Source: an uncultured bacterium
GTDB taxonomy: Bacteria; Verrucomicrobiota; Lentisphaeria; Victivallales; UBA1829
NCBI GenBank assembly: GCA_902778895.1
Contig: CACYZF010000010.1
Coordinates: forward strand, 174,482 to 238,481
Length of the DNA: 64,000 bases
Reading direction: 5' to 3'
Shown: positions 1-8,588 of the stretch, piece after piece
Layout of the letters: each line of letters begins with the position of its first letter
How positions within the stretch are numbered: position 1 is the first letter of the stretch
Position numbers and translations under genes: made by a program
Notes under the pieces: model-generated
The model's database searches: none
Seen by the model: the letters and a program-made list of their open reading frames with translations, nothing else
What the model was told of the DNA's origin: nothing

Positions 1-2
1 GC

Positions 3-608
3 TCCGCCGCCGGAAAGGTCATCGAGATCGTCGGTCTGCGCCGTGGCGAAATGATGAAGATGGAACAGCACGGTTCGCGCCAGCTCCTCGAGTTCATGAT
101 CCCCACGCGCGGCATCATCGGCCTCCGCAGCAAGGTCATGACCGCCACCGCCGGCGAAGCCATCATCTCCCACCGCTTCGACCACTACGAGCCCATGAAG
201 GGCGACGTACCGAGCCGCACCAACGGCGTGATGGTCAGCATGGGACGAGGCAAAGCCGAAGCCTACGCCATCGACGCCCTCCAGCTCCGCGGCACGTTCT
301 TCATCGACCCCGGCGTGGAGACCTACGAAGGCATGATCGTCGGCTCCCACTGCACCGACGACGACCTGGAGGTCAACCTCCAGAAGGCGAAGAAGCTCAC
401 CAACATGCGCGCCGCCGGTTCCGACCGCAACCTCAAGATCGCGCCCGCCGCGAAGCTCTCCCTCGAGGAAGCCCTCGAATACATTGAGGACGACGAGTAC
501 GTCGAAGTGACCCCGCTCAATATCCGCCTCCGCAAGAAATACCTGACCTCGCTCGAACGCCGCCGCATCCGCGGCAGGATGCTGAAGGGCGAAGGCGCCG
601 ACGAGTAA
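3..608 (+). CDS. typA: Translational GTPase TypA/BipA, C-terminal part (5'-truncated by window edge)
   Basis: Frame open from position 3; motifs EFMIPTRGIIGLR, YEGMIVG, KKLTNMRAAGSD, LSLEEALEYIEDDEYVEVTP are diagnostic of the BipA C-terminus. Confidence 0.95.
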   Translation, partial: SAAGKVIEIVGLRRGEMMKMEQHGSRQLLEFMIPTRGIIGLRSKVMTATAGEAIISHRFDHYEPMKGDVPSRTNGVMVSMGRGKAEAYAIDALQLRGTFFIDPGVETYEGMIVGSHCTDDDLEVNLQKAKKLTNMRAAGSDRNLKIAPAAKLSLEEALEYIEDDEYVEVTPLNIRLRKKYLTSLERRRIRGRMLKGEGADE

Positions 609-665
609 GCCGGAGAAGCCAGCCGGACGCGATTCCGTTTCAGCCGACACGACGAAGACAGCCCC

Positions 666-2672
666 ATGATCGACTTCCAGAACGTCACCAAGCTCCTGGG
701 CGGCAAGGCCATCCTCGACAACGCCTCGTTCCGCATCAACCGCGGCGAGCGCGTCGGCATGGTCGGGCCGAACGGCACGGGCAAGACCACCGTCTTCAGC
801 ATGATCCTCGGCGAGCTCCCGCCCGACAAAGGCGAGATCCTGATCCCGGAACGCCTCCGCATCGGCATCCTCCGCCAGCAGATCGACCTCTCCGACAAGA
901 CCGAGGACGTCCTCTCCTACGTCGCCGCCACGGGCGAACTCCCGCACATTCAGGCGCGCCTCGCGGAGGTCGAACGCGCCCTTGAGACCGATCCCGCCAA
1001 CCGCCAACTCCTCGACGAGTTCGGCCACCTGCAGACCACCTACGAACACCTCGGCGGATACGATTCCGGGCACCGCGCCGAAGCCGCGCTCGCTGGGCTC
1101 GGATTCGACGAGGAAGTCTTCCACAATCCGCTGAACTCATTTTCCGGCGGCTGGCAGATGCGCGCGTCCATGGCGCGCGTCCTGCTCTCCGAACCGGACA
1201 TCCTGCTCCTCGACGAACCCTCGAACTACCTCGACATCCCCGCCGTGGAATGGCTTCAGCGCCGTCTGCGCGGCTACACCGGCACGCTCCTCCTCATCTC
1301 CCACGACCGATTCCTGCTCAACTCCCTCACGGACGTCACGATCGAGATCAACGGCGGCAAGGCGACGCGCTATTCCGGCAACTACAGCAAGTACGTGGTC
1401 GAACGAGAAACGCGCTCCGCACTCGCCGAGGCCGCCCGCAAGAACACCGAGAAGCGCCGCGACAAGCTGAAGGAAAACATCGAGCGGTTCCGCTACAAGG
1501 CGAGCAAGGCCGCCCAGGTCCAGATGTGGATCAAGATGCTCGACAGGATCGAGGCCGAGGAGCTGCCCGAACAGCTTCACTTCCAGGGGCGCATCCGCAT
1601 CCCCGAGCCGCCCCGCTGCGGCGCCGAGGTCTGCGCCGTCGAAAACGTCTCGCATTCCTACGACGGCGCGCGCTTCGTCTTCCGCGACGTCTCGTTCACG
1701 GTCAACAACGGCGACAAGCTCGGCATCGTGGGCTACAACGGCATGGGCAAGACCACCCTGCTCCGCATCATCGCCGGCACCCTCGCCCCGACTTCCGGCC
1801 GCGCCCGCCTCGGGCACAACGTCGTGATCGGCTACCAGGCGCAGGAATTCGCCGAACTCCTCCCCGCCGAGGAGGCCGCGTACGACGTCGTGAAGCATGC
1901 CGCCCCCGGCGACACCCCTCCCTCGCGCATCCGTGAAATCCTCGGCGCGTTCGGGTTCTCCGGCGACGACGCCATGAAACAGTGCAAGGTACTGTCCGGC
2001 GGCGAGAAGATCCGCCTCTGCTTCGCGCGCATCTTCGTAAACCCGCCGAACCTGCTCATCCTCGACGAACCGACCACGCACCTCGACATCGCCGCGCGCG
2101 AGGCCCTGCAGGACGCCATCATGAACTACAAGGGCACGGTCTGCTTCGTCAGCCACGACCTCGAATTCATCCGCGGTACCGCCACCACCATCCTAGAAAT
2201 GCGCCATGACCGCGTGAAACGTTTCTTCGGCAACTTCGACTACTACAAGGAAAAGCTCGCCGAGGAGGAAGCCGGATCCTCATCGAACGCAACCCAGCAG
2301 GTGAAAGTGAGTTCCGCGCAGGCCGCATCGAATTCCGGTTCCGCCGGGTCTTCTCAAGCTCAACCCCAGCCGCAGGCCGTCGGCAAGGACCGTCGCCGCG
2401 AAAAGGCCGCGAAACGCAACGCCCTGCTCCCCGAAAAACGCCGCATCGAACGCGGCCTGGCGAAGTGCGAGAAGATCATCGAGGACGCCGAAAACGAGAA
2501 GGCGGAGATCGACAAACAGCTCATGGAAGCCACCCCGCAGACCGATTTCGCCGCCCTCCAGAAACGCCGCAAGGCTCTCGACTACGACATCGCCGAGGCC
2601 ACCGTCGAATGGGAACGCCTCGCCTCCGAACACGAAGAATTCATGAAGAAATACAACGACGACGCGGACTAA
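666..2672 (+). CDS. ABC-F family ATPase (YheS/Uup-like) with C-terminal coiled coil
   Basis: Two ABC domains (GPNGTGKTT, FSGGWQMR, LLLDEPSNYLD; GYNGMGKTT, LSGGEKIR, LILDEPTTHLD), no TM segments, low-complexity linker then helical tail. Confidence 0.93.
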   Translation: MIDFQNVTKLLGGKAILDNASFRINRGERVGMVGPNGTGKTTVFSMILGELPPDKGEILIPERLRIGILRQQIDLSDKTEDVLSYVAATGELPHIQARLAEVERALETDPANRQLLDEFGHLQTTYEHLGGYDSGHRAEAALAGLGFDEEVFHNPLNSFSGGWQMRASMARVLLSEPDILLLDEPSNYLDIPAVEWLQRRLRGYTGTLLLISHDRFLLNSLTDVTIEINGGKATRYSGNYSKYVVERETRSALAEAARKNTEKRRDKLKENIERFRYKASKAAQVQMWIKMLDRIEAEELPEQLHFQGRIRIPEPPRCGAEVCAVENVSHSYDGARFVFRDVSFTVNNGDKLGIVGYNGMGKTTLLRIIAGTLAPTSGRARLGHNVVIGYQAQEFAELLPAEEAAYDVVKHAAPGDTPPSRIREILGAFGFSGDDAMKQCKVLSGGEKIRLCFARIFVNPPNLLILDEPTTHLDIAAREALQDAIMNYKGTVCFVSHDLEFIRGTATTILEMRHDRVKRFFGNFDYYKEKLAEEEAGSSSNATQQVKVSSAQAASNSGSAGSSQAQPQPQAVGKDRRREKAAKRNALLPEKRRIERGLAKCEKIIEDAENEKAEIDKQLMEATPQTDFAALQKRRKALDYDIAEATVEWERLASEHEEFMKKYNDDAD

Positions 2673-2737
2673 ACCGTTTTTCAGTCGCCGCCCGTCGCCA
2701 CCGCTCTCTCCCAGTATCCCGCCACGCCCACACAAAT

Positions 2738-2882
2738 CTCCGCCGTTCGCGCCCCGCGGTCAGTGAAACAAGCTCCTTCCCAAATCAAAAAAACTCCGCC
2801 ATTCGCGCCTCCGCGGTAATAAAAACATGTCGAGCGCAAGCGAGCTTACCGAGGCGCGCAAATGCGCGCCCCCGGCGAAGCC
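2738..2882 (-). repeat. Repeat family 1, copy 1 (hairpin block plus two TTACCGCGRGRCGCGAAYGGCRGAG-like units)
   Basis: Reverse complement reads GGCTTCGCCGGGGGCGCGCATTTGCGCGCCTCGGTAAGCTCGCTTGCGCTCG..TTACCGCGGAGGCGCGAATGGCGGAG..TGACCGCGGGGCGCGAACGGCGGAG, which aligns with copies at 5135-5533 and 8487-8685. Confidence 0.8.
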
Positions 2883-2887
2883 AGATT

Positions 2888-3334
2888 CTATCTTTTGTTA
2901 TGATCTCTTAAAACAACTATCTTATCCAACCTGTTTTTGAATTTCTCGTCTTCATATTTATCCTTATGTAAGAATGCGGTTTTCTTTCCATTTTTGATAT
3001 AGTTGTTTCCCCTGGCTATGACCTCATCTTTAGTGAGGACATACATCGTGGGATTACTAGATGGACTTTTTTCGTCTGGCAAAACAACTATAATCCAATA
3101 ATCCCCCATGATTTTTTCTTTCTCTTTTCCGACAGAAATATGTACAGGTTTAGACAAGGTCTTGACTTGAAACCCTAAATAATCTTTCCCGTCCGGCGAA
3201 TACGCGATAATATCAATGCCTTTTGCATTCCTGGAAGTCGGCATGACATTCCATCCCAACAGCGAAAGCTGATAGCAGACATAGAACATTCCGACATTGC
3301 CGACAATCTGTTTATCTGTTTTCTTTTCAGACAT
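2888..3334 (-). CDS. Putative PD-(D/E)XK-fold endonuclease, 148 aa
   Basis: Pattern G-x-x-G..V..L..LGW (VGNVGMFYVCYQLSLLGWNV), N-x-x-G-I-D-I-I (NAKGIDII) and F-Q-V-K-T matches the restriction-like nuclease core; AT-rich; strong RBS TAGGAGG. Confidence 0.65.
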   Translation of the reverse strand: MSEKKTDKQIVGNVGMFYVCYQLSLLGWNVMPTSRNAKGIDIIAYSPDGKDYLGFQVKTLSKPVHISVGKEKEKIMGDYWIIVVLPDEKSPSSNPTMYVLTKDEVIARGNNYIKNGKKTAFLHKDKYEDEKFKNRLDKIVVLRDHNKR

Positions 3335-3379
3335 ATCAATTCCTCCTAAGTTGTTTTGTTTTTTATGAGGTTATTCCTC

Positions 3380-4714
3380 TCAATGTTTCAATATACATTC
3401 CTGATCTGAATTATTTTTTTTCTCGCTTTCTTTTTTATCTACCAGATATGCAATACCAAAAACAGCAAACAAAACGCCGATCATGATAAACCCAATACCC
3501 CACAATAACTTCTCAGCGTAAATACAACATGTCCCAACGGCAAACAAAACAGCTGTCAGACAAGCACCAATACATATCATCTTTCTCCTTTTCCTTTTTT
3601 GTTCTGCCTTTGCCCTTTCTTTTTCTTCTTCTCGTTTTCTTTGTTCCTCCTCTTCATATTCCTTTTGTTTGTTTTTTAAAACTTGAGTTGCCAGTTCAGC
3701 GTCAGGGTTATCAATATTTCCCATTAACTGAAGAGCGGTATCAAAACAATCATTGTTCTCTTGGACGTATTCGAGACAATGTTTGCAAAAGATTTTAAAA
3801 ACCTCAGGAGATGGTCCAGCAGGGGTGACATTTTCCCAATCTTTATGTCTCATAGTTCTTCCGTCAAGTTTATAAAATGAGAAAAGAAGAAATTGCAGTT
3901 GGGAAACGGATTCGATTAGACCATTCCGGGTAAAATTACTCCAAAACCATTTGACATTTTCGACGGACTCCTGAAATCTTTCAATGCTCTTCTGTAAAAA
4001 AACAGAATTCTCTATGGTTAATTCCGGCATTTCATCTGTTATTACTTTTATTTCATCAAGCAATATTTTCGCCCTATGGAAATCATCAAATGTTTGAAGA
4101 GTCTGAAGGGCATTATAAGGCTCTGCCTGTTTCTTTAAATCGCAGAATTTAAGATAAAGCATCCATTCCTTAGAATAGTCTCGCGATATAACTTTCTGCT
4201 CTTTTTCCAGAGTCTTTTTTACTTTAGTATATAGTTTCCGATATTGCAAATCTTCTATAGTATCTTGGGAAATCTTTTCAAAATCCACATTAACTTCATT
4301 GAATAGTCGTATTTTTGCTATGACCGTTTCTTGTGTCTCCAGTTCCTCAAGTCTACACGATATGTCATACAGCTTGAATTGTTGTTGCTTCGTAAACTCT
4401 TTTGCTTCTTTTTCCTTTCTGGCCAGTTCCTTCATTTCCGCTCTGTGGCGGTCATTTGCTTCTTTTTCTGCCTTTGCCATTTCTTCCAATTTCGCTCTAT
4501 GACGATCATTCGCTTCTTTTTCCGCCTTTGCTATTTCCTTCATTTGTGCACGATGAAGGTCGTTTGCTTCCCGGTCAAGTTTCGCTTGTCTTGCCTGTTC
4601 TTTTTTTGCTTGGGCGGCTTCTTCCGCAGCTTTAGCGCTACGGGCTAAAGCGGCATTCCGATTGTGTTTCTGCATGTAGTCCACGAAATCGAATTCGTTT
4701 TTCTTTGAACTCAT
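3380..4714 (-). CDS. Hypothetical coiled-coil protein with three 18-aa repeats and two C-terminal TM helices, 444 aa
   Basis: Long AT-rich ORF; RBS CGAGGT; EANDxHRAxxxExAxxEK x3; hydrophobic MICIGACLTAVLFAVGTCCIYA and LLWGIGFIMIGVLFAVFGIAYLV near the C-terminus. Confidence 0.8.
   Translation of the reverse strand: MSSKKNEFDFVDYMQKHNRNAALARSAKAAEEAAQAKKEQARQAKLDREANDLHRAQMKEIAKAEKEANDRHRAKLEEMAKAEKEANDRHRAEMKELARKEKEAKEFTKQQQFKLYDISCRLEELETQETVIAKIRLFNEVNVDFEKISQDTIEDLQYRKLYTKVKKTLEKEQKVISRDYSKEWMLYLKFCDLKKQAEPYNALQTLQTFDDFHRAKILLDEIKVITDEMPELTIENSVFLQKSIERFQESVENVKWFWSNFTRNGLIESVSQLQFLLFSFYKLDGRTMRHKDWENVTPAGPSPEVFKIFCKHCLEYVQENNDCFDTALQLMGNIDNPDAELATQVLKNKQKEYEEEEQRKREEEKERAKAEQKRKRRKMICIGACLTAVLFAVGTCCIYAEKLLWGIGFIMIGVLFAVFGIAYLVDKKESEKKNNSDQECILKH
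4409..4570 (-). repeat. Three 54-bp coding tandem repeats (18 aa)
   Basis: EANDLHRAQMKEIAKAEK / EANDRHRAKLEEMAKAEK / EANDRHRAEMKELARKEK. Confidence 0.85.
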
Positions 4715-4990
4715 CTTTTACCTCGCTATGTTCTTTGTGGTAAGAAGTACGAACTTGTACACGAGGTAACAGCCAAGCAATTAGGTAAAGTCTGGTCAAA
4801 ACTTGACGGCTGAACACAAAAAAAGCCGGACGCTTCCCCATGCGAGTACACGAGGGTCCGACCAAGAACCCGATCCCGAGACGACAGAGAAACGCCCAGC
4901 AGAAACGGAGATACAATGCTCCTGCTGGTATTTCGTGTTCGGGATCAAAAGATTGTTTGCAAACTTGGTCGGTTTTCGTGTACTTTTGAT
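4715..4990 (-). promoter_or_regulatory. Structured 5' leader (candidate cis-regulatory RNA switch) of the 444-aa gene
   Basis: 4964-4983 is complementary to 4846-4866; inner stems 4939-4946/4872-4879 and 4922-4928/4896-4902; alternative stem 4885-4899/4826-4840 followed by U7; anti-SD 4762-4769 is perfectly complementary to the SD region 4718-4725. Confidence 0.6.
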
Positions 4991-5134
4991 TGAAATACGG
5001 TTGAAATGAGCTTGAAATCAGATTCCCGTTGGTCAGGAAAGCGATTCCAAAACACAATTTACACGTTATCGGAGAAAAATCAAATTCTTTTTCTGCTTTT
5101 TTTAGTAAAATTCTCCCTTTGAGGGTAAAATGAA

Positions 5135-5235
5135 GGACGCGTTCGCGTCCCGCTTCGCTGGGGGCGGCTACGCCGCCTCGGTAGCCTCGCTCACGCTCGG
5201 CGACAGGTTCAATTTACCGCGAGACGCGTGCGGCA
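5135..5235 (+). repeat. Repeat family 1, copy 2
   Basis: GGACGCGTTCGCGTCC-CGCTTCGCTGGGGGCGGCTACGCCGCCTCGGTAGCCTCGCTCACGCTCGGCGACAGGTTCAATTTACCGCGAGACGCGTGCGGCA; 5151-5235 matches 5328-5412 at 82/85 nt. Confidence 0.9.
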
Positions 5236-5324
5236 TACGCTTTTTGGGCACAGAGAAACACAAAACCATATTGCAACTACTTTCAATTAAGTTTCAACAT
5301 CAAGAACGGGCTGTGTAATCAGGA

Positions 5325-5533
5325 GGACGCTTCGCTGGGGGCGGCTATGCCGCCTCGGTGGCTTCGCTCACGCTCGGCGACAGGTTCAATTTACCGCGAG
5401 ACGCGTGCGGCAAAGTTATCAGGATGAGGGTGGGGATGCCATCTTTCTTTACCGCGAGACGCGAACGGCAGAGTTTTTTTGGATAAGGCAAGGGGAACCT
5501 TCTCTTCTTTACCGCGAGGCGCGAACGACATTC
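5325..5533 (+). repeat. Repeat family 1, copy 3 plus two extra TTACCGCGAGRCGCGAACG units (5449, 5509) at ~60-nt period
   Basis: Near-identical to copy 2, followed by TTACCGCGAGACGCGAACGGCAGAG and TTACCGCGAGGCGCGAACGACA with similar inter-unit sequence. Confidence 0.9.
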
Positions 5534-5778
5534 GTTTTTGTATTTTGCAGATCATCGAATCAGCAAAAACCTAACGTTAGCTTTTTCCTATATTGATTAG
5601 CAGACTGAGGGCGGTGTCCTGCGTTCGTGACCAACGGCGTCAGTCAGCAAGGTCTAGATTTTATTTGAAAAGGGGGATGTTTTTTCCGGTTATGGATTTG
5701 AATTTCGGGTTCGGTGTGCTATTGTAAACGTATCCCTTCCTATCCTCTTCCACTCCAGGCACGATTAAGGAGTCCAGC

Positions 5779-6894
5779 ATGCCCGAGAAAATCTATTTCT
5801 GCAACTTCCGCACGAAAATGTACGGCGCGCCCCTGCCCGACAAACTCCACAACCTCATGGCGAAGGCCGGATTCGAGACGCTCGACCTGCGCGACAAGTT
5901 CGTCGCGATCAAAATGCACTTCGGCGAGCTCGGCAACCTGGCGTTCCTGCGCCCGAACTACGCGAAGGTCGTGGCCGATTTCGTGAAGCAGCGCGGCGGA
6001 AAACCGTTCCTGACCGATTGCAACACGCTGTACCCGGGCTACCGCAAGAACGCGCTGGAGCACCTCGAAACCGCCGACCTCAACGGATTCGGCCCGCTCA
6101 CCACGGGCTGCCACGTGATCATCGGCGACGGGCTGAAGGGCAACGACGAGGTCGAACTCCCCGTCCCGAACGGCGTCCACTTCAAGACAGCGAAGATCGG
6201 CCGCGCCATCTCCGACGCGGACGTGATCATCACGCTGAACCATTTCAAGGGCCACGAGCTGACCGGCATGGGTGGCGCGATCAAGAACCTCGCCATGGGC
6301 TGCGCCTCGCGCGCGGGCAAAATGGCGATGCACAGCGACGGCAAGGCGGAACTCGACCAAGACCTCTGCATCGGCTGCAAAATGTGCTTCAGGCAGTGCG
6401 CGAACAATGCCCTGCACTTCGACGCCGCCAGCAAGAAGATGTCGCTCGACCGCGAAGCCTGCGCCGGATGCGGCCGCTGCCTGAGCGTGTGCCCCGTCGA
6501 CGCCATCCACGCATCGATGGCGAAGGCCACCGAGCCCCTCGACGAGAAAATGGCCGAATACGCCGCCGCCGTCGTGAACGGCAAACCGAGCTTCCACATC
6601 AGCCTCATCTGCGACGTCTCGCCGAACTGCGACTGCCATTCGGAAAACGACGCACCCATCATCCCGGACATCGGCATGCTCGCCGGATTCGACCCCGTCG
6701 CGCTCGACGTGGCGTGCTGCGACCTCTGCAACAAGATGCCGCGCATACAGGGCTCCTGGATGGACGAGTGCGAGCACGGAAACGACGTCTTCAACGACGC
6801 GCACGACAATACCCGCTGGCGCGTCACCGTGGACCACGCCGTGAAGATCGGATTCGGCACCGACCAGTACGAGCTGATCGACCTCGACAAGTAA
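5779..6894 (+). CDS. DUF362-domain Fe-S protein with 2[4Fe-4S] ferredoxin insert
   Basis: AIKMHFGELGN, TDCNTLY, HFKGHELTGMGGAIKNLAMGCAS; CIGCKMCFRQC and CAGCGRCLSVCP; DVSPNCDC; DPVALD. Confidence 0.88.
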   Translation: MPEKIYFCNFRTKMYGAPLPDKLHNLMAKAGFETLDLRDKFVAIKMHFGELGNLAFLRPNYAKVVADFVKQRGGKPFLTDCNTLYPGYRKNALEHLETADLNGFGPLTTGCHVIIGDGLKGNDEVELPVPNGVHFKTAKIGRAISDADVIITLNHFKGHELTGMGGAIKNLAMGCASRAGKMAMHSDGKAELDQDLCIGCKMCFRQCANNALHFDAASKKMSLDREACAGCGRCLSVCPVDAIHASMAKATEPLDEKMAEYAAAVVNGKPSFHISLICDVSPNCDCHSENDAPIIPDIGMLAGFDPVALDVACCDLCNKMPRIQGSWMDECEHGNDVFNDAHDNTRWRVTVDHAVKIGFGTDQYELIDLDK

Positions 6895-7081
6895 TACTGG
6901 CTTTTTCCTCAAGAATTACCCCGCCCGGTGTTTTTTCTGCTCCGTGCGGGCTTTTTTTTTGCTCAAGAACATATTCTTTCCAAGATATGGCGAGGAGTTT
7001 TTGAACTCCAATACGCACAAAGCATACAGACAAATGTCAGTTGAAAGCCGTTTTTTCTTCCTCTTTTTTTTCTTTTGAAGA

Positions 7082-7110
7082 TTGACTGTTTGCATGACAC
7101 GCGATATAAT
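7082..7110 (+). promoter_or_regulatory. sigma70-type promoter of the DUF2971 gene
   Basis: TTGACT-17 nt-TATAAT, about 55 nt upstream of ATG with RBS GAGGT. Confidence 0.7.
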
Positions 7111-7163
7111 AACAATGAAATAAACATAAATCTTTTTCTCCATCCCCGTACAATGAGGTAAAC

Positions 7164-8399
7164 ATGAACATCAATGACACCAACTTCAAATCGTTTCTTT
7201 CCGTCACTTCAAAAGAGAATCTTCTTCACTTTCTGACCAGCCGCAGACACCCGTTTTATCATCACTTCACGAATTTTTCCACACTCGAAAAAAAGCTGAA
7301 AGGCAAATCGTGGGTATTTACCCCGAGCAAAAGCAAAAATGATTACCACGAATACGATTCCAAAAGTGATCGGACTATCCGGGATAATATTTTGTCGACG
7401 TCCTTTTCCTGGGGAGACGAAGACAATATGGCAATGTGGTCAATGTATTGTGTTCCGAGGGAAGACGCGGTAAGGATCACTTTCAACGAACAAGCAATGG
7501 AGCGATGGCTTCAGGTTTTACAGCAAAAAATGGCAAAACCTTGCGACACAGTCTCTCAATGGTTTCAGACATGGGATCGGACCGAAGCGTATCAGGATGG
7601 TCCCGTTCCCGCGCCAGAGAAAACGATGGGGGCAGTCTTCCTGCATGATATCGTTTACTTCCTGGGATATCAAAACGACAGCCCAGAAAACAAACTGTGC
7701 TGGGGTGGCATAGAACAGCCAGCTCAGGACAACATGCTGGTCAATGATATTCGTTATATCCGTGAAATGACCGGTTTTGTCAAAAACAGCGCTTGGAGCT
7801 ATGAACAGGAATCAAGGCTGTCCATTTATTTCAATCGCAAGCCGGAACAATCGTATTTGCTTGAGTTCGAGGAAGAAGACTGGGAATATATCCTGTGCAA
7901 TTCGCAGATATCGTTCGGCCCCTGGACACCTCTTTTCCGTTTTGAGGAAAGAAAAAGAGAAGTATTGGGCTGGATCAAAAATCCGAAAACAAGAGAGCAT
8001 TTCAGTTGCAATATAATGTTGAGAAATAGTTTCTTTTCAGCAAGGGTAAAGATGAGCGATAACAAATATGTAAGATCTCCACGAAAGAAAATCCTGTATT
8101 TATTGGATGAAACAATACGCCATGCAAACGTTTATCGTTGCGACAGAGAAATGATTCCGGACGGGGGCAGAGCTCAGTTTATCCGCGAAATGCAGCTGCT
8201 GGTCTTTCAAATTGACAACTACAACCAGTATTTCCTTTCAAAAAGGAAAGATCCGTCCAACAAAAAACCATGCAAGAAAGTCGTCACTCTGGTTTCTGAA
8301 TTCATCGAAAAACTGGAATCAAATAGAGATGATCTTGGATATCTATACCCGACTGAAGTCATTGACGAGTTAAAGACTACCTATCTTCAAAACGAATGA
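7164..8399 (+). CDS. DUF2971-like (ADP-ribosyltransferase-fold) protein with extra C-terminal region
   Basis: YHHFT, KNDYHE, TSFS...DNMAMWSMY...VRITF, IVY, K-x-x-A-W-S-Y-E-Q-E-S-R motifs typical of DUF2971; AT-rich. Confidence 0.72.
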   Translation: MNINDTNFKSFLSVTSKENLLHFLTSRRHPFYHHFTNFSTLEKKLKGKSWVFTPSKSKNDYHEYDSKSDRTIRDNILSTSFSWGDEDNMAMWSMYCVPREDAVRITFNEQAMERWLQVLQQKMAKPCDTVSQWFQTWDRTEAYQDGPVPAPEKTMGAVFLHDIVYFLGYQNDSPENKLCWGGIEQPAQDNMLVNDIRYIREMTGFVKNSAWSYEQESRLSIYFNRKPEQSYLLEFEEEDWEYILCNSQISFGPWTPLFRFEERKREVLGWIKNPKTREHFSCNIMLRNSFFSARVKMSDNKYVRSPRKKILYLLDETIRHANVYRCDREMIPDGGRAQFIREMQLLVFQIDNYNQYFLSKRKDPSNKKPCKKVVTLVSEFIEKLESNRDDLGYLYPTEVIDELKTTYLQNE

Positions 8400-8486
8400 A
8401 GAATGCCGATCATCAGTTCATACTCCTGCGGAAAATCACGGGGCAAAACATCCCTGCATGCAAACATATCAGGAAGATGAACTTGC

Positions 8487-8564
8487 CGCTTTGCTGGGGG
8501 CGGCTACGCCGCCTCGGTGAACTCGTTTCCACGAGTTCGACTGATTACTTGAACGCGAGACGCG
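8487..8564 (+). repeat. Repeat family 1, copy 4
   Basis: CGCTTTGCTGGGGGCGGCTACGCCGCCTCGGTG...TGAACGCGAGACGCG; first 32 nt nearly identical to copy 2. Confidence 0.85.
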
Positions 8565-8588
8565 ACAAACGTAGTAATAGCAGATAAT

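Noticed and set aside
5390-5533. CRISPR-like periodicity (about 24-nt unit every 58-60 nt)
   Set aside because: Only three degenerate units, the spacers resemble each other, there are no cas genes, and the unit is part of the larger family 1 repeat.
5130-5596. Short ORFs 5130-5318 and 5405-5596 (also 8396-8587)
   Set aside because: They are translations of the repeat elements with no independent coding evidence.
2700-5600. Autonomous transposon with terminal inverted repeats
   Set aside because: No transposase, and I could not identify a target-site duplication or sharp termini.
5596-5652. Possible riboswitch upstream of the DUF362 gene (GACTGA..TCAGTC stem)
   Set aside because: Only a short stem, no recognisable aptamer consensus, and it appears to lie upstream of the likely promoter.
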